Made by a program: the position numbers and the translations under genes. From Coniocarpon cinnabarinum (lineage: Eukaryota), in assembly GCA_051942205.1 (NCBI GenBank), contig JAVECO010000035.1, positions 124,001 through 147,803 of the forward strand: DNA of 23,803 nt, written 5' to 3'. How positions within the stretch are numbered: position 1 is the stretch's first letter; every line of letters begins with the position of its first letter. This document shows positions 9,834-21,100 of the stretch, piece by piece. A model generated the notes under the pieces. The model saw only the letters and a list, made by a program, of their open reading frames with translations. It had not been told where the DNA came from and searched no databases.

Positions 9834-11189
9834 TTAAAAAGGAAAAGTTTGGAACAGCCAAGATGAGCTTGCCGAGCCAAGGCGTCTACGTGAGTATTCT
9901 GCAGCGTAGAAGAAACAGCTAGTTTCCTGCTTTCTATGGCGCATGATCACGGTCTTCGTAACCCACTCGTACAAGACTCGCAATGCCTTTGCCTCAATGA
10001 TATCGCTCGAGCTATCACGCGAGAGATCTTTGATACGAACAAATTGCATGTATACTTGTGTCGGGCAAAACTGCGTTGAGAGGCGTGGTGATCCCTGCTA
10101 AACATTGATTCTCTTAAGCTGACGTGATGAAGGTAACGAAGGACTGCTAAATCTAATATTCTGCTCTTGTATATTATTGGAGATGTTATGCGGGGCACAT
10201 TCCAGATTTCCTCTTTCGCACCTCGTGGTTCGTGTAGTTCAAAGACACGGCTCCTCTAGCTTTAATACTTGTACGGTTCTTTGAGTTTCAGTATCAGGAT
10301 CAGTGTCAGTGTCAGTATCAGTGTTAGTGTCAGTGTCAGTATCAGTATTAGTGTTAGTGTTAGTATTAGTATCAGTATTAGTGTTAGTGTTAGTATTAGT
10401 ATTAGTATTAGTATTAGTGTTAGTGTTAGTATTAGTATTAGTATTAGTATTAGTATTAGTATTAGTATTAGTATCAGTATTAGTATTAGTATTAGTATCA
10501 GTATTAGTATTAGTATTAGTATCAGTATTAGTATTAGTATTAGTATCAGTATTAGTATTAGTATTAGTATCAGTATCAGTATTAGTATCAGTATCAGTAT
10601 TAGTATCGGTATTAGTATCAGTATCAGTGTCAGTATCAGTATCAGTGTCAGATTACTTTCTACACAGCTACGTATCGAGAGAACACGCCAAGAAAAGACA
10701 GAAAGCAACGAGGTCGTTACTAGACTCTGTGTCTTAAAGGTGTTGAGCCATGTAAATAGTAAAGCTACTATTGAGCAAGGCTGCCTTTTGCTCGAGATCT
10801 AACGCGAAAAGACACGCGGGTAGATTACAAGTCTAATAACTTTGCTATTAAGTGAGGTAACCATCCGACAGACAGAGAAATATAGTCTGTCAAGTCCACA
10901 AGTGGTGAGCTCGAAGTCTTTTGAAGTTTGTACTTTGTCGATCAATTCGAGGCCCTGAGTATTAGAGCCAGCGACGGTGCGCGAAGAGGTAACGACGAAA
11001 TGACTCTGAGCAGGGCGAGGTGCTGTCGAGCAGAGACTGTTCCGGGTTGTTAGGGATGTGACGGACAGCAAAGGGCCCCTGTGAATATCGTGGTTCCAAA
11101 AGCATTTTGAAGAAAGGCCGGCCTTTGAATAATTCTAAAGACACAGGTAGAGGGACTGACATGACGGCAAGAAGAGCCCAGCTTTCCAT
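9834..11189 (-). pseudogene. Probable RIP-damaged pseudogene of unknown family containing an in-frame (Asp/Asn-Thr)n tract
   Basis: ORFs 10962-11189 and 9834-10049 share one frame that runs through the hexamer array with no frameshift. Ten internal stops (8 TAA/TAG, 2 TGA) all lie between 10098 and 10964. The true frame is not certain. Confidence 0.45.
10290..10649. repeat. Hexanucleotide tandem array (AGTRTY)x60
   Basis: 360 bp of AGTGTC/AGTATC/AGTGTT/AGTATT units, with rare AGGATC and GGTATT variants. Confidence 0.98.
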
Positions 11190-11664
11190 GAAAAATCCAG
11201 CACTTTTGCATCACTGAAACAAAACATCGCGCGATCATCACTCAAGCGGCTGAAATCGAAAGCGCAATGCTGCGCAAGCTCATCAACTTTGCTAACGATC
11301 TAACACTAACATCTCAATGAAATAAATCTGACATGTCGCGATTCGAAGCTGGGATGGACAGCAAAATCACATCCCCGATTTCCACCTCCCTGTTAGCGAT
11401 CCTGCCTCAGCTTCCTGGCTTCGCGCGTTCATGGATGAGATTTTGTCGTCAAGTGCGCTGATGCTGCAGCAAATGGACTGGCTTCTTCTTCGCCTTTCAG
11501 GCTTGCGAAGTGCCATTCTGTCCATCATTCAGCCATTTTCCGCATCAATCGCAACGCCCTGCTGCTCTCCTCCTCTCATCGACCCTCCCTTCCCTCTTCC
11601 TCTCAAACCCTTCAAGCCCCATCCACTCCACCTCTTCTCTTCTCTTCTCTCCGAACTAGTACAC

Positions 11665-14600
11665 CTACTGATCCGTCGCATCCGCCATCCCCTCCGTCTC
11701 CCCCGGCTCCACCCACCGCGCCGGCCCCCTCGGCGCCGACGCCTCCGGATAAATAAACTGATTCCCGCTCTCATCCTCCCCGACATTGCCAAAAAGCCGC
11801 AGCAAATCATTCAACGGCAACGATTTGACGAACTGCTCTTCCCCCATGACAGAGGTGATTTCGCGTTTCTTGCGTTCCTAAACAGCGCGATCAGTCTTCT
11901 TTTGCCATGCAAAAGTCGTTGGAAAGGGAGGGGAGTGCGGAGAAGGGCGAGATGTGCGGCTGAATGAATGAGGCAGATGGGCTGTAAGTTGGTGATGCGA
12001 GGGTAGTTGGAGGACTCACCTGCAACCTCAGGATGTGCTCGTCGACGGTTCCCTGCGCGGCGAAGCGCGTCATCTTCGTCTTTTCTTCTTGGCCGCGGCG
12101 GTACGTGCGACAGAACGCCTGTTGCTCGACGGCCTCGTTCCACCACGGGTCGATCATCAGCACCCGTGTCGCCATCGTCAGATTCAGCCCGACACCACCC
12201 GTCGTGAGCGTCGCAAAGAGAATCCCAAAATCTTCGTTCTTGAACTTCACCACGGTGTTATTGCGGGCGGCGGTGGTCATCCCGCCGTGGTAGCGGAGGA
12301 AGGACCACTTTTCGATCTCGCAGACCTTGGCGAGGATCTCCATCATGGTGATGAATTGCGTGTAGACGATGACTTTGACATCGGGGTTTTCGCGGCGCCA
12401 GTTCATGACCTGCGCTTTGAAGGCGCGGGTCTTGGCCGAGGCGAGCATGTTGCCATTTTTGTCGATCCAGTTGCTGATGATGTCTTTGGTTTTCGGCTTG
12501 GTAAGGGGACCTTTGGCTGCGTGCTTTTTCTCAACTTGGGGCATGCTGCCGTGGTCGATCATGTCGTAGGTATAGCGTTGGATGCCGGTGTAGGAGAGGT
12601 TGCAGCGCTTGCACTTGTTGTGGCGCAGGCCTTTCTCAACGGCTTCTTGGCTGTCCAGCTGTTGACACTTGCTGCAATAGGTGTGTTGGCAATCAGTCAC
12701 CACAGGGCGTTCTGGCTTTTTGTTGCAACGCGCGCAGGTGACACGGTCACCGACTTCGTGCAATTTGCCTTCCGATCGGAGCTGAGTGAGATATTTGAAG
12801 AAATCGTCACGGAGACCAAAGGCGGCGCCGACGTCCGTGTCCAGAGCAGATTTTGGAGGCGTAGAAGCACGATCTTTGGCTTTGTGCTGCTGGAAGTCAA
12901 GTACGAATAAGTCGTCGCCGTCATCGTCGTCGCCGGTCAGGTCAATTTGTGGCGGCAGTGACCCAGATTCGCCTTGGGAAGCCTGCTTGGCCCTAGGATG
13001 AGGCGACCTCACCGGTGTCATTGATTCCAGCTCAATCAGGTCGTCTTTTTCCGCCAGCATGCGACGCATGTGCAGTACAATGTTCATTTGATTCTTCTCA
13101 GGGCTTTTATCCTCCTTTTCCTCGATCTCGTCTAGCTTCTTTTTGATCTTCTTGAAGTCCTCGTCTTCAAGGAGCTCTCGAATGCAGTCCTGAACAAGCA
13201 ATGGGTGGGCGACGAATTGTCTGAGGCGCAGGAGCAGAACCAGCACGTTGCTGTATTGAGACTTGAGACCACCGCTTTTGGCGATGACATTGATCCTCTC
13301 AACGAACCGCTCTTTGATGATTGCGTAGACTTCCCAGTGGAGCTCGTCGAGTGCTACCAGGTACGTTTGATGAGTCGGGTTTGGCAGATTGAGCAACTTC
13401 GAGCCCAACAGCACATCGTTGTGGGTTCTGCGAAGCATCAGAGGTCTCAAAAAGGCGACTAGGCGATCCTTTCCCTCCGGCCCGTCCACAAAATTCTTCT
13501 TGAACAGCTTGAACGAAACACAGCTAGGGACACGAAGGAACCGGAAGTAGGAGTAAAACTCGTCCAGGGCGTTCATGGCCGGTGTGCCAGTAATGATCCA
13601 TCTGCAACATTGTTAGTTAATGCTCTTTCGGTTCCTTGAATCAATGAACCCACCGAAAGTCCCCCGGCAGCTCAGCACATCCTGCCGAAGTCTGCGATCG
13701 GAAATTCTTGATTGCCGTCGCTTCATCAAGGATGACTCGTCTCCACGGCACACGGTGTAAGTTGCCCTTTTCCTTGTTGAACTGCTTCTTCCACCAATCG
13801 TCTTTATCCCTTGCGGTTATCAACTCAGTGGGATACTCCTTCTTGGGATAAGACTTCATAACCTGGGAGTAAGTGGTGAGCACAACACATGATTGTGCGA
13901 GCGAGAACTCATCGTCGTTCTGAGGCGAATATATCTTAATATCGCCCTGGATCCAAGCAGAATCGGCATGCTTGCGGAACTCCTCTCTCCACTGGTAAAG
14001 AATGCTTGAAGGAGCAATGATCAATGTTGCTAGACAGGCTGGAGCGACTTCGGGATTGGTCTTGCGCGACTTCTTTGCCTCTTTCAACTGGATCATTCTG
14101 TCCGACATAATCATTGCAATGGACATGACGGTCTTCCCGAGACCCATAGCATCACACTGGAGGCCACCTTGCGGTTGGAATAATGGCCGACCCTCGTCCC
14201 TGTCAAAGGCTTCACGCTCTCTCATGAATGATGCCCCCAGCATTTGATAGTGTGACATTACGCTATTCATGCCCTTGACAAGCCATTCGCCCTTCCGAGA
14301 TGTGCACATGGCCTTGCCAAACTTTCTCGACGCCTCTTTAAGTTGCTTATAATCCACCTTCGCCGACTGGCGAGCTTCCTCGGGAATGCTGGCGATAAGG
14401 TCTTGCATGGCCTTATCCTTGTTCTTGCTCAGCCCCAGCATTGGCTGGTCAGCTCGTGCAGTGTTGTTCTGCGCCGCTGAGAACACGTCGTATGAACGCA
14501 TGCTGTTCACATTCAGCAGGTTGGTCGCTCTCTGTTCTTGTTGCTTCGTACGCCTCTTACCCTTGGGTAGAGGTTCACGAGGCTGTTGCTTCTTTTTCGA

Positions 14601-15674
14601 CTGGCCTCGTTTTGCACCAGTCTTTTTCACTGCAGCCTCACTCTTCGCTTTCTTGGGCTTGCGGCGAGAACGGGGCATCGCGGGTTCTTCATCAAGATCC
14701 TCGTGGTGGACATAGGGACCCTCGTCTTCACTGAGCTGCCCAGCGATTGGGACAAACATACCACTGCTGTTGTCATCCATCTCCTCATCGTCGTCAGAAT
14801 GATCCACTGCTTCTTGCTCCATAAGTTTGCGGCGCTTGTACTCATGCTCGCGCTTCATGAACTTGATTTCCTCCTCTTGAGTCAGACGGTGGCGTCTCTT
14901 CTTACTTTCATACTCCTTCTTGTGCTTCTGGAAGTCTTGTTCGGCCTTTTGACTTTCTTGAGCCTGTTCAGCAGCGTCATCGACGCTTTTGCCATCATCA
15001 TCGTCAGCGAGGCCATCCTCAGAGTTCCCGGCGCGGTGCGTGGCATCCTCATCCATCCAACTGTGTAGGAAATCTAAGTCTTGGTCATCAATTTGCTCAT
15101 TCATTCGATGTCCTTCTTCAAGAGCCTCGAAGTCAAAGTTCCCAGTCATCTCGGAGCCCGCTGCAGCAAGGACATCGTCAGTCGCTTTATTTGCGATTTC
15201 TTCTTGATTGTCATCTTTAAATTCGTCTTCCTCGTCACCAAGCGTAACTTCGTCCCCTTGAGACTCTTCCTTGGGTTTCGGATCGATGTCTGCGTCCTTC
15301 TGCGCTGTGTCTGATGATTCCCCTTCTGCTTCCACTGAAGGCTCGAGAGGAGTTCCTTGCTGCGCTTCAGGTACAGCACTGTCATCTGATTTGCGCGTTT
15401 CACGTTGAAGAGAGACGGTCCGACTCTGTTTGCTTGTTCGTCGAGAAGGTGAGTGTGAGGCATTCTCAGCATCGCCATCAATCTCCTCCTTGAGCTCTTC
15501 GTCGGCTTCCCCGTCGGCTTGAACTTCGCTAGTATTCACTGCAGATGTTGACTCTGGCTCTGGACTCGGGCTTGGACTCGAGTGCTCAGATGCTGCATTT
15601 TCGTCCTCGGCCACCACTAGCTGCATCTCATCTGGCTCAGGTGTTGCTGCGTCCTCGTCCTCTGAGAACGCCAT
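11665..15674 (-). CDS. SNF2-family ATPase with inserted RING finger (Rad5/Rad16/Uls1-like group), about 1271 aa
   Basis: Exons 15674-13654, 13601-12020 and 11877-11665 with GT-AG introns 13653-13602 and 12019-11878. Motifs GGLQCDAMGLGKT, QWREEF, WRRVILDEA, RWIITGTP, LRLRQ..HP, C3HC4 RING (CARC...CQHTYCSKC...CKRC), GGVGLNLT.A, DPWWN..VEQQAFCR.YR.GQ. Long acidic, disordered N-terminus. Confidence 0.92.
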
Positions 15675-16522
15675 AATGCTGAAGATTTGTTGACTATATC
15701 GACTGTCAAATAGAGTGTGACTGAACGTTCTCACGAGGTAGTCATAGCGATGTTGAAGAGACAAAGTTTGAGGGAAATGAAGTTGTGAAAGGTTGAAGGG
15801 GATGAGGATGAATTGAAAAGCAAGGACTCTCTTTGTCTTGCCTGCACACATGCCTTGAGGTGAAGTGAACACGCGAGCTCGCGACTTCGTGACTTCGTGA
15901 GGGATGGCCTGATATGTCGATGCATTGCGTTGTGCAACGAAGTCACAGTAGTGGTGCCCGTATGAAGCCGATCGGACGCACATGATCACACCTACTACAG
16001 TAATGGCTTGCAATCCACTGTCTTCGATCGGGTCTCAGCTACATGCATTGGGAGCGGGATTGTAGAACCCCTCTAAGCAAGTTTTCTCGAATATTACATT
16101 TTCACCGCCGCGCAATGTCGCTGCGGATTCAAGTGCGGGATGATCAACCCTACATAAAAACGGAGGGAGGAAAATCAGGCAGAGAGGCCGATTTGGGTAT
16201 GACGGTTGAAGTGTTTGCCTTAGGTCCGTCGTCGATCCTGTTGCATCGCTCCAGACTTGGCGACTCGAGATCAGGGTCGAGATGTGGTCGAGCTCGAACT
16301 GCTTCGAGTCTCGCTCCTTGCAGCCAGTTACGGCAGTATTAGCGCACGTGATAGCGAACCTCTACGGGCCAAATCATTCGTTTGGTTGCTCTGTGACCTC
16401 GGGTTAGCGGATAGAGGACAGTTGTAGTACCGAATCTTACGCTTGGGTTCTGAAGCCGATGAGAATTATCTTCAGTACCGCTCGCTTCCCTCACGGCTTG
16501 TTAACTACTCGACACTCAGATA

Positions 16523-17677
16523 TCAAAATCCCCCATGTCTGGCCGGCTCGACAAATCGCCAAAGACCGGCGTCTTCAGCTGCGCGTCTCACGCTTTCAAC
16601 CTCATTCTCTTTGACAGGTCGATTAATTTCATGATACCTCACTTCTTTCTTGACAGCCGCCGTGCTAGCCTGGATACCACCAGGCTCTACGATATCCTGG
16701 TTGTCCTGTGTGCGCTGCCTTTTCTCTTTTCCAACGTGGGCTCTTGGGAAGTACTGCTCCATGATGTGCACCACGGTATCTCGACTAACCTCATCCGCAA
16801 GCCATCGCACTATCTGCTTACCTTCTGCCTCGAGGCCGGGCATCACTAAATGTCTCACGAGCACGCCCTTCGCGGCGAGTCCATTTGGCGTGAAGCAAAG
16901 GCCACCAACCTGCTCACGCATCTTTTTGATAGCTGATGCAGCGTGATCCCTGTAGTCACCAGCCTTCAAGAGACGCTTCGCAGTAGCCTCATTCCATGCT
17001 TTGAAATCTGGCAAATACACATCTACAAGCCCTTCCAGCAGCTCAAGACTTTCCAAGCTATCATAGCTGCTGGTATTGTACACGATAGGCACCTTCAGAC
17101 CCATGTCCTTCGCAGCGAGTATCGCGAGCACCACTTGCGGCACCACATGCTCCGGTGTCGCGAAATTGATATTATGCACCCCGCCGAGGTCTTGCAGCTT
17201 GATCATCCATTCTGCCAGCTCTTCAGGCGACAAATCTTGCCCTGCCGCTGTATGCGCAATATCATGATTCTGACAGAACACGCAACGCAGATTGCAACCA
17301 GAGAAGAAGACTGAGCCAGATCCATGATGGCCTTGTATGCACGGTTCCTCGCCAAAATGAGGAGCAATTGTCCCGACCTTGACTTTATTACCCTCGATCA
17401 AGCACGCGCCAGCACGCTCAAAGCGGTTGACACCGCAACGCCGTGGGCACAGGTTGCAATTTTGAAGATGTGCGTACGCAGTGGAGCGCTTGCGAGATGC
17501 GGTCTCAGGGTCGATACTAGCGTAGCTAGGTATGTAGGGTTCGTCAACGAGGAAGGGTGGGGCGAGGTGAAGGAGGCGTCGAGTATGGTACTGAAACCCC
17601 CAGCAATTCTCGACGCGTCGTCTTGATGGCCACCGCGCGAGCGTGGAACCTCTACATCGTAATATGTGGTGAAGCAT
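16523..17677 (-). CDS. Radical SAM protein, PflX-like (PFL-activating-enzyme-related), probable mitochondrial presequence
   Basis: Intronless, 384 aa from the ATG at 17677. CNLRCVFC (CxxxCxxC), N-terminal CNLCPRRCGVNR, HFGEEPCI.G..GSG.VFFSGC, HNIN..TPEH, YLPDFK and GVLVRHLVMPG. The N-terminus is Arg-rich and nearly acid-free. Confidence 0.88.
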   Translation of the reverse strand: MLHHILRCRGSTLARWPSRRRVENCWGFQYHTRRLLHLAPPFLVDEPYIPSYASIDPETASRKRSTAYAHLQNCNLCPRRCGVNRFERAGACLIEGNKVKVGTIAPHFGEEPCIQGHHGSGSVFFSGCNLRCVFCQNHDIAHTAAGQDLSPEELAEWMIKLQDLGGVHNINFATPEHVVPQVVLAILAAKDMGLKVPIVYNTSSYDSLESLELLEGLVDVYLPDFKAWNEATAKRLLKAGDYRDHAASAIKKMREQVGGLCFTPNGLAAKGVLVRHLVMPGLEAEGKQIVRWLADEVSRDTVVHIMEQYFPRAHVGKEKRQRTQDNQDIVEPGGIQASTAAVKKEVRYHEINRPVKENEVESVRRAAEDAGLWRFVEPARHGGF

Positions 17678-18147
17678 ACTCCATCCTCGAGTAAGCGGTG
17701 CCAACAAATTGAGTTCAAGTCGCGCGTTCTCAGGGCGAGGAAGTCGAGAATCTGGGCAGGGTTTGAATTTCACCAGGAAGAATTGCCTTGGTGTCACGAA
17801 GTACTGCACAATTGTTACCGCGGCGCAAACCTAGGCAATCAGCCCTGGCGATAGATAAGATCCAGAGTACAAAGTAAGGAGTATGGCGATGAACGTCGTC
17901 TTCGTCTTGTAAAGCTGCAAATAGTATCGCGATGAGCAATCTCTCACTGAGAACTTGTGGTATTTATTCTGAGAATGAGTCCCACGAGCAGATGTCGTAG
18001 GACTGAAATTCTCGCTCGTTTGCTTCCTCCAAAACATTGATATCTATTGTACACCATAGAAACATAGTGGGCAGCAAATGTGCATCCCAGCAAGTTCGAG
18101 TCACCAATACGTCGTTATCTTGATGATACACCTTTATTAAAAAAGAA

Positions 18148-21100
18148 CTATATCTTGCTCGAAGCTTTGTCCAGCGCATCTGGCAAATCCAAAATGGGTA
18201 TGCTGGCTTTCAAGCTTGGAGTCTGCGACGCACTCAATGCGCTTAGTGCAGGTGTCGACCTTTCAGGCGTGGAGCGACTGACCTCTTCGTAGAAGTCGCG
18301 AAGGGCGTCAGCATTGTGGCAAAAGGCCTCAAATTCCCTGAGTATGTCCTCTCCTGGTCTCCCGAAGGGTCCCTTCCACTGGCCCTTTATTGCGTCGTTT
18401 GAGGCACCGTCATCGCGAAAAGGTCGCACAGACCTTGGTGAAACCAGTGGTGAACGCGAGGTGTCGCTCATCGATGACAAGGCGGCAGCACTGCTTCGAG
18501 CTGGTAGGGATGCATTATTGGCGCGTTGCAGGGCATCACCAAGCGATGATCTCTCCGGTGGACGCGGAGGCGGTCGGGAATCGCACAAGCGATTGGCTAG
18601 AACAACAAATTTCCAATCCTCAACAATTTCTACAAGCAGGAGTCCTGACTTGTGCACGTATTGATCGTGGTCAAAATCGCCTTGTCCGTATGAGTAGACT
18701 ACTTCGACGTCAGCTGGAAAGCTGGACGATGCTTCAAAATCCAACACGAAGCCGAACTTCTTCAGTAGCTGTTTTTGAATGTGCTTTGCGCTGCTTGCTC
18801 TCCCCGCTTTGAGCATTGGGCTGTCTGTGGCGAGAATCGGCAGCGTTGGAGCCGCTTTGAGAATCATCTCTATGGCATAAGGGGTCCTTAGAGGGTTGAT
18901 CTGCGGAGTTTTGGTCACCTCGGCAATGGGTAGCTGGACAAGCCTGAGTGCGTGCTTCACAGCTATCGCAGCCCATGTATGCAAGCTATCTTCAACCAAC
19001 TTAGCTGTTGCGTTCGTCCACTCAAGCATGAAATGGAAGCAGTTCTCTGGGTGGTGAAGTCGGTCGTAATGTATCGTTATGATTTCCGGTCGAGTACTGA
19101 CATGCTTGGGATCGATGTTGTGGGAAATAGCTCCGCTCAACACCACCCGAGGGCGTTTGCTAAGTTCGCTCGGCTCGTCTACGGACGTCTGATCGAATGG
19201 GTCCTTTGGTGCCTCAGTGAACGGGGTTACGGGAACTGAGCTCAAGACTTTGCGGACTGTGGACCATGTCGACTGTAAGTCGTTCTTTGGGACTCGGTAT
19301 TGATTCTCGATCGTAAAGAAAAAGTTGCCATCTCGAAATTTGTGTTTGTTGTTCACATGTCGAAACAGGGCCTTGCGCATCAGAACGTTGCCGAACTCAA
19401 CAGCCTCGTCGCGGTTGCTGATGTCCTGGAAACGGGAGAGCAGAAAGCCGACCAAGTCATGGCCAACAAAGCAGTACTCATACACTCGGAAGTGCCACCG
19501 CCTGGCACGAACGTTGATGCCTCGCCCGCCTTGAAGCTCCGTTGCAAGTCTCTGCAAGTCGACGTGCGAGGTACGATATTGCTCTTCTTCGTCGAACAAG
19601 TGTGTCATGGCTGCTGTACTCTCGCCCTCAGTCAAGATCGAGCTCTCAAACCCTGCAGAGACAATAGCTGACGGATCACGAGTCTGATACTCGATTGCAA
19701 GTGGGTTGACATCTTTGTGGCCGATCCAGCTGGCATGGTGCTTCTCGTCCTCGGGTGAGATCCACCTATGTCTCTGCCAGAGAACGGTCAACTTTCGGAT
19801 GCCGTCAAGGCGTAACTCTTCGTCGTTCTCTTGACTACCCAGATCAGCTGTTCTTGTTGTATTGGTGTTGTCTACAGGGATGAGTACAAAACGTGCCTTT
19901 CGTGTATGGGAGCTCGTGATGGGCATTGCGACTTGTCGCTCGCATGAGTACGCCTCGGCTTCAGCAAGTTCTGCGTCTAGCTTCCTCCACTCTAGATCAG
20001 GACGAACGCGGAAATTCAATGGGCGCAATGAATAATCGGAATCCATGTATGTCCTGATTAAGGCATTGTGAAGGAGCGGAGTTGTCTCTTCATCCTCTCT
20101 TTTGTAACGTCGAACCATCACAGAAGTGCCAGCGGCAATCACGACATGGACATCGTCGCCCTTGAGCATCATGACAGCAGCGCCATCCTCGCTCATGAAA
20201 CTGTCATCGTAGAAGTCCGCCACATTAGCGCCATGGGGTCCGATCACTCTTTGCGCTCGAAGACCGACTGCGATCTGGAAGCCCTCTGCAATTCGATACA
20301 GTACCAGCTCACGAGCCAAATGTGCTCTCCGGGCTTGGGGACGCTGATGCTCCACGCTCAAGGACTTTATTGGTACAGTATAAGATCCTTCTGCGAATGC
20401 TGACTCTAGCTCCGTCTTTGAAGGATAGTACTCGGTCGTCAAGGGCAAGCTCGCTGGGGAGCACAATGCCTTCCACTTGACAGCATGCGCCTTCCGCTCC
20501 GATGTGAAGGCGTGATTCCATTCTCCAAACGCATCTGTGACCTCCATCTCCATCCGGCAAGGGTTCCGAATTCTGAGCCACGGCAGGGTTCCACGAGGAG
20601 CTACAGCATTTCTGTGATCTCTAAGCTCTCGTTTTGAGACCACAACATCACGCCGGTCCGATTCTGGTTGATCTTCGAAACTCGATCTTGGTGTTACTGA
20701 ACGAAATGGTGTTCCACCACTGGTGCTTGTCGCGTCATTGTTAGCGGCAGTATCGAGTTGACTTGCCCTGGTGTCTTCTGATTTCTGCATTGTCGGAACG
20801 ATTGCATTTGATGAGCTACGTGAAAGGGACTGCTGTAGGCGGCCTGACACCGTTCGCGGATCTATGTTGTTCTGCTGACGATCGTGAGGTTGTAAGGATG
20901 AGCGTGCGATTTCCGTTGAAGATTCGGTTGTGGCGCTGGCTTTTCCAGCACCAGATCGACCCAACAGAGCACCCAATATGTTTCGGTGATCCGTTCTCAC
21001 CGCTTTGTCTGAAGCAGATGATACGTTCCTCACCGAAGTCGTCGAAGTACGCTTATGAACCTTCCCCTCTTCTGCGGGTGATGCTTTTGAGGAATCAATC

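Noticed and set aside
10190..10250. Zn2Cys6 cluster suggested by 'PCL*...RCERGNLEC' in the pseudogene frame
   Set aside because: Only three Cys with the wrong spacing, and the first half of the motif is absent.
10290..10649. Interstitial telomere or CRISPR-like array
   Set aside because: The units are TTAGTA/TCAGTG with no TTAGGG, and there are no unique spacers. The context is eukaryotic.
10262..10802. ORFs encoding poly(LI), poly(SI) and poly(VL) as real membrane or repeat proteins
   Set aside because: They are stop-free readings of the hexamer microsatellite, with no domain content or credible gene structure.
12035..12910. 291-aa plus-strand ORF and other antisense ORFs inside the large genes
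   Set aside because: They are shadow ORFs produced by codon bias of the genes on the opposite strand.
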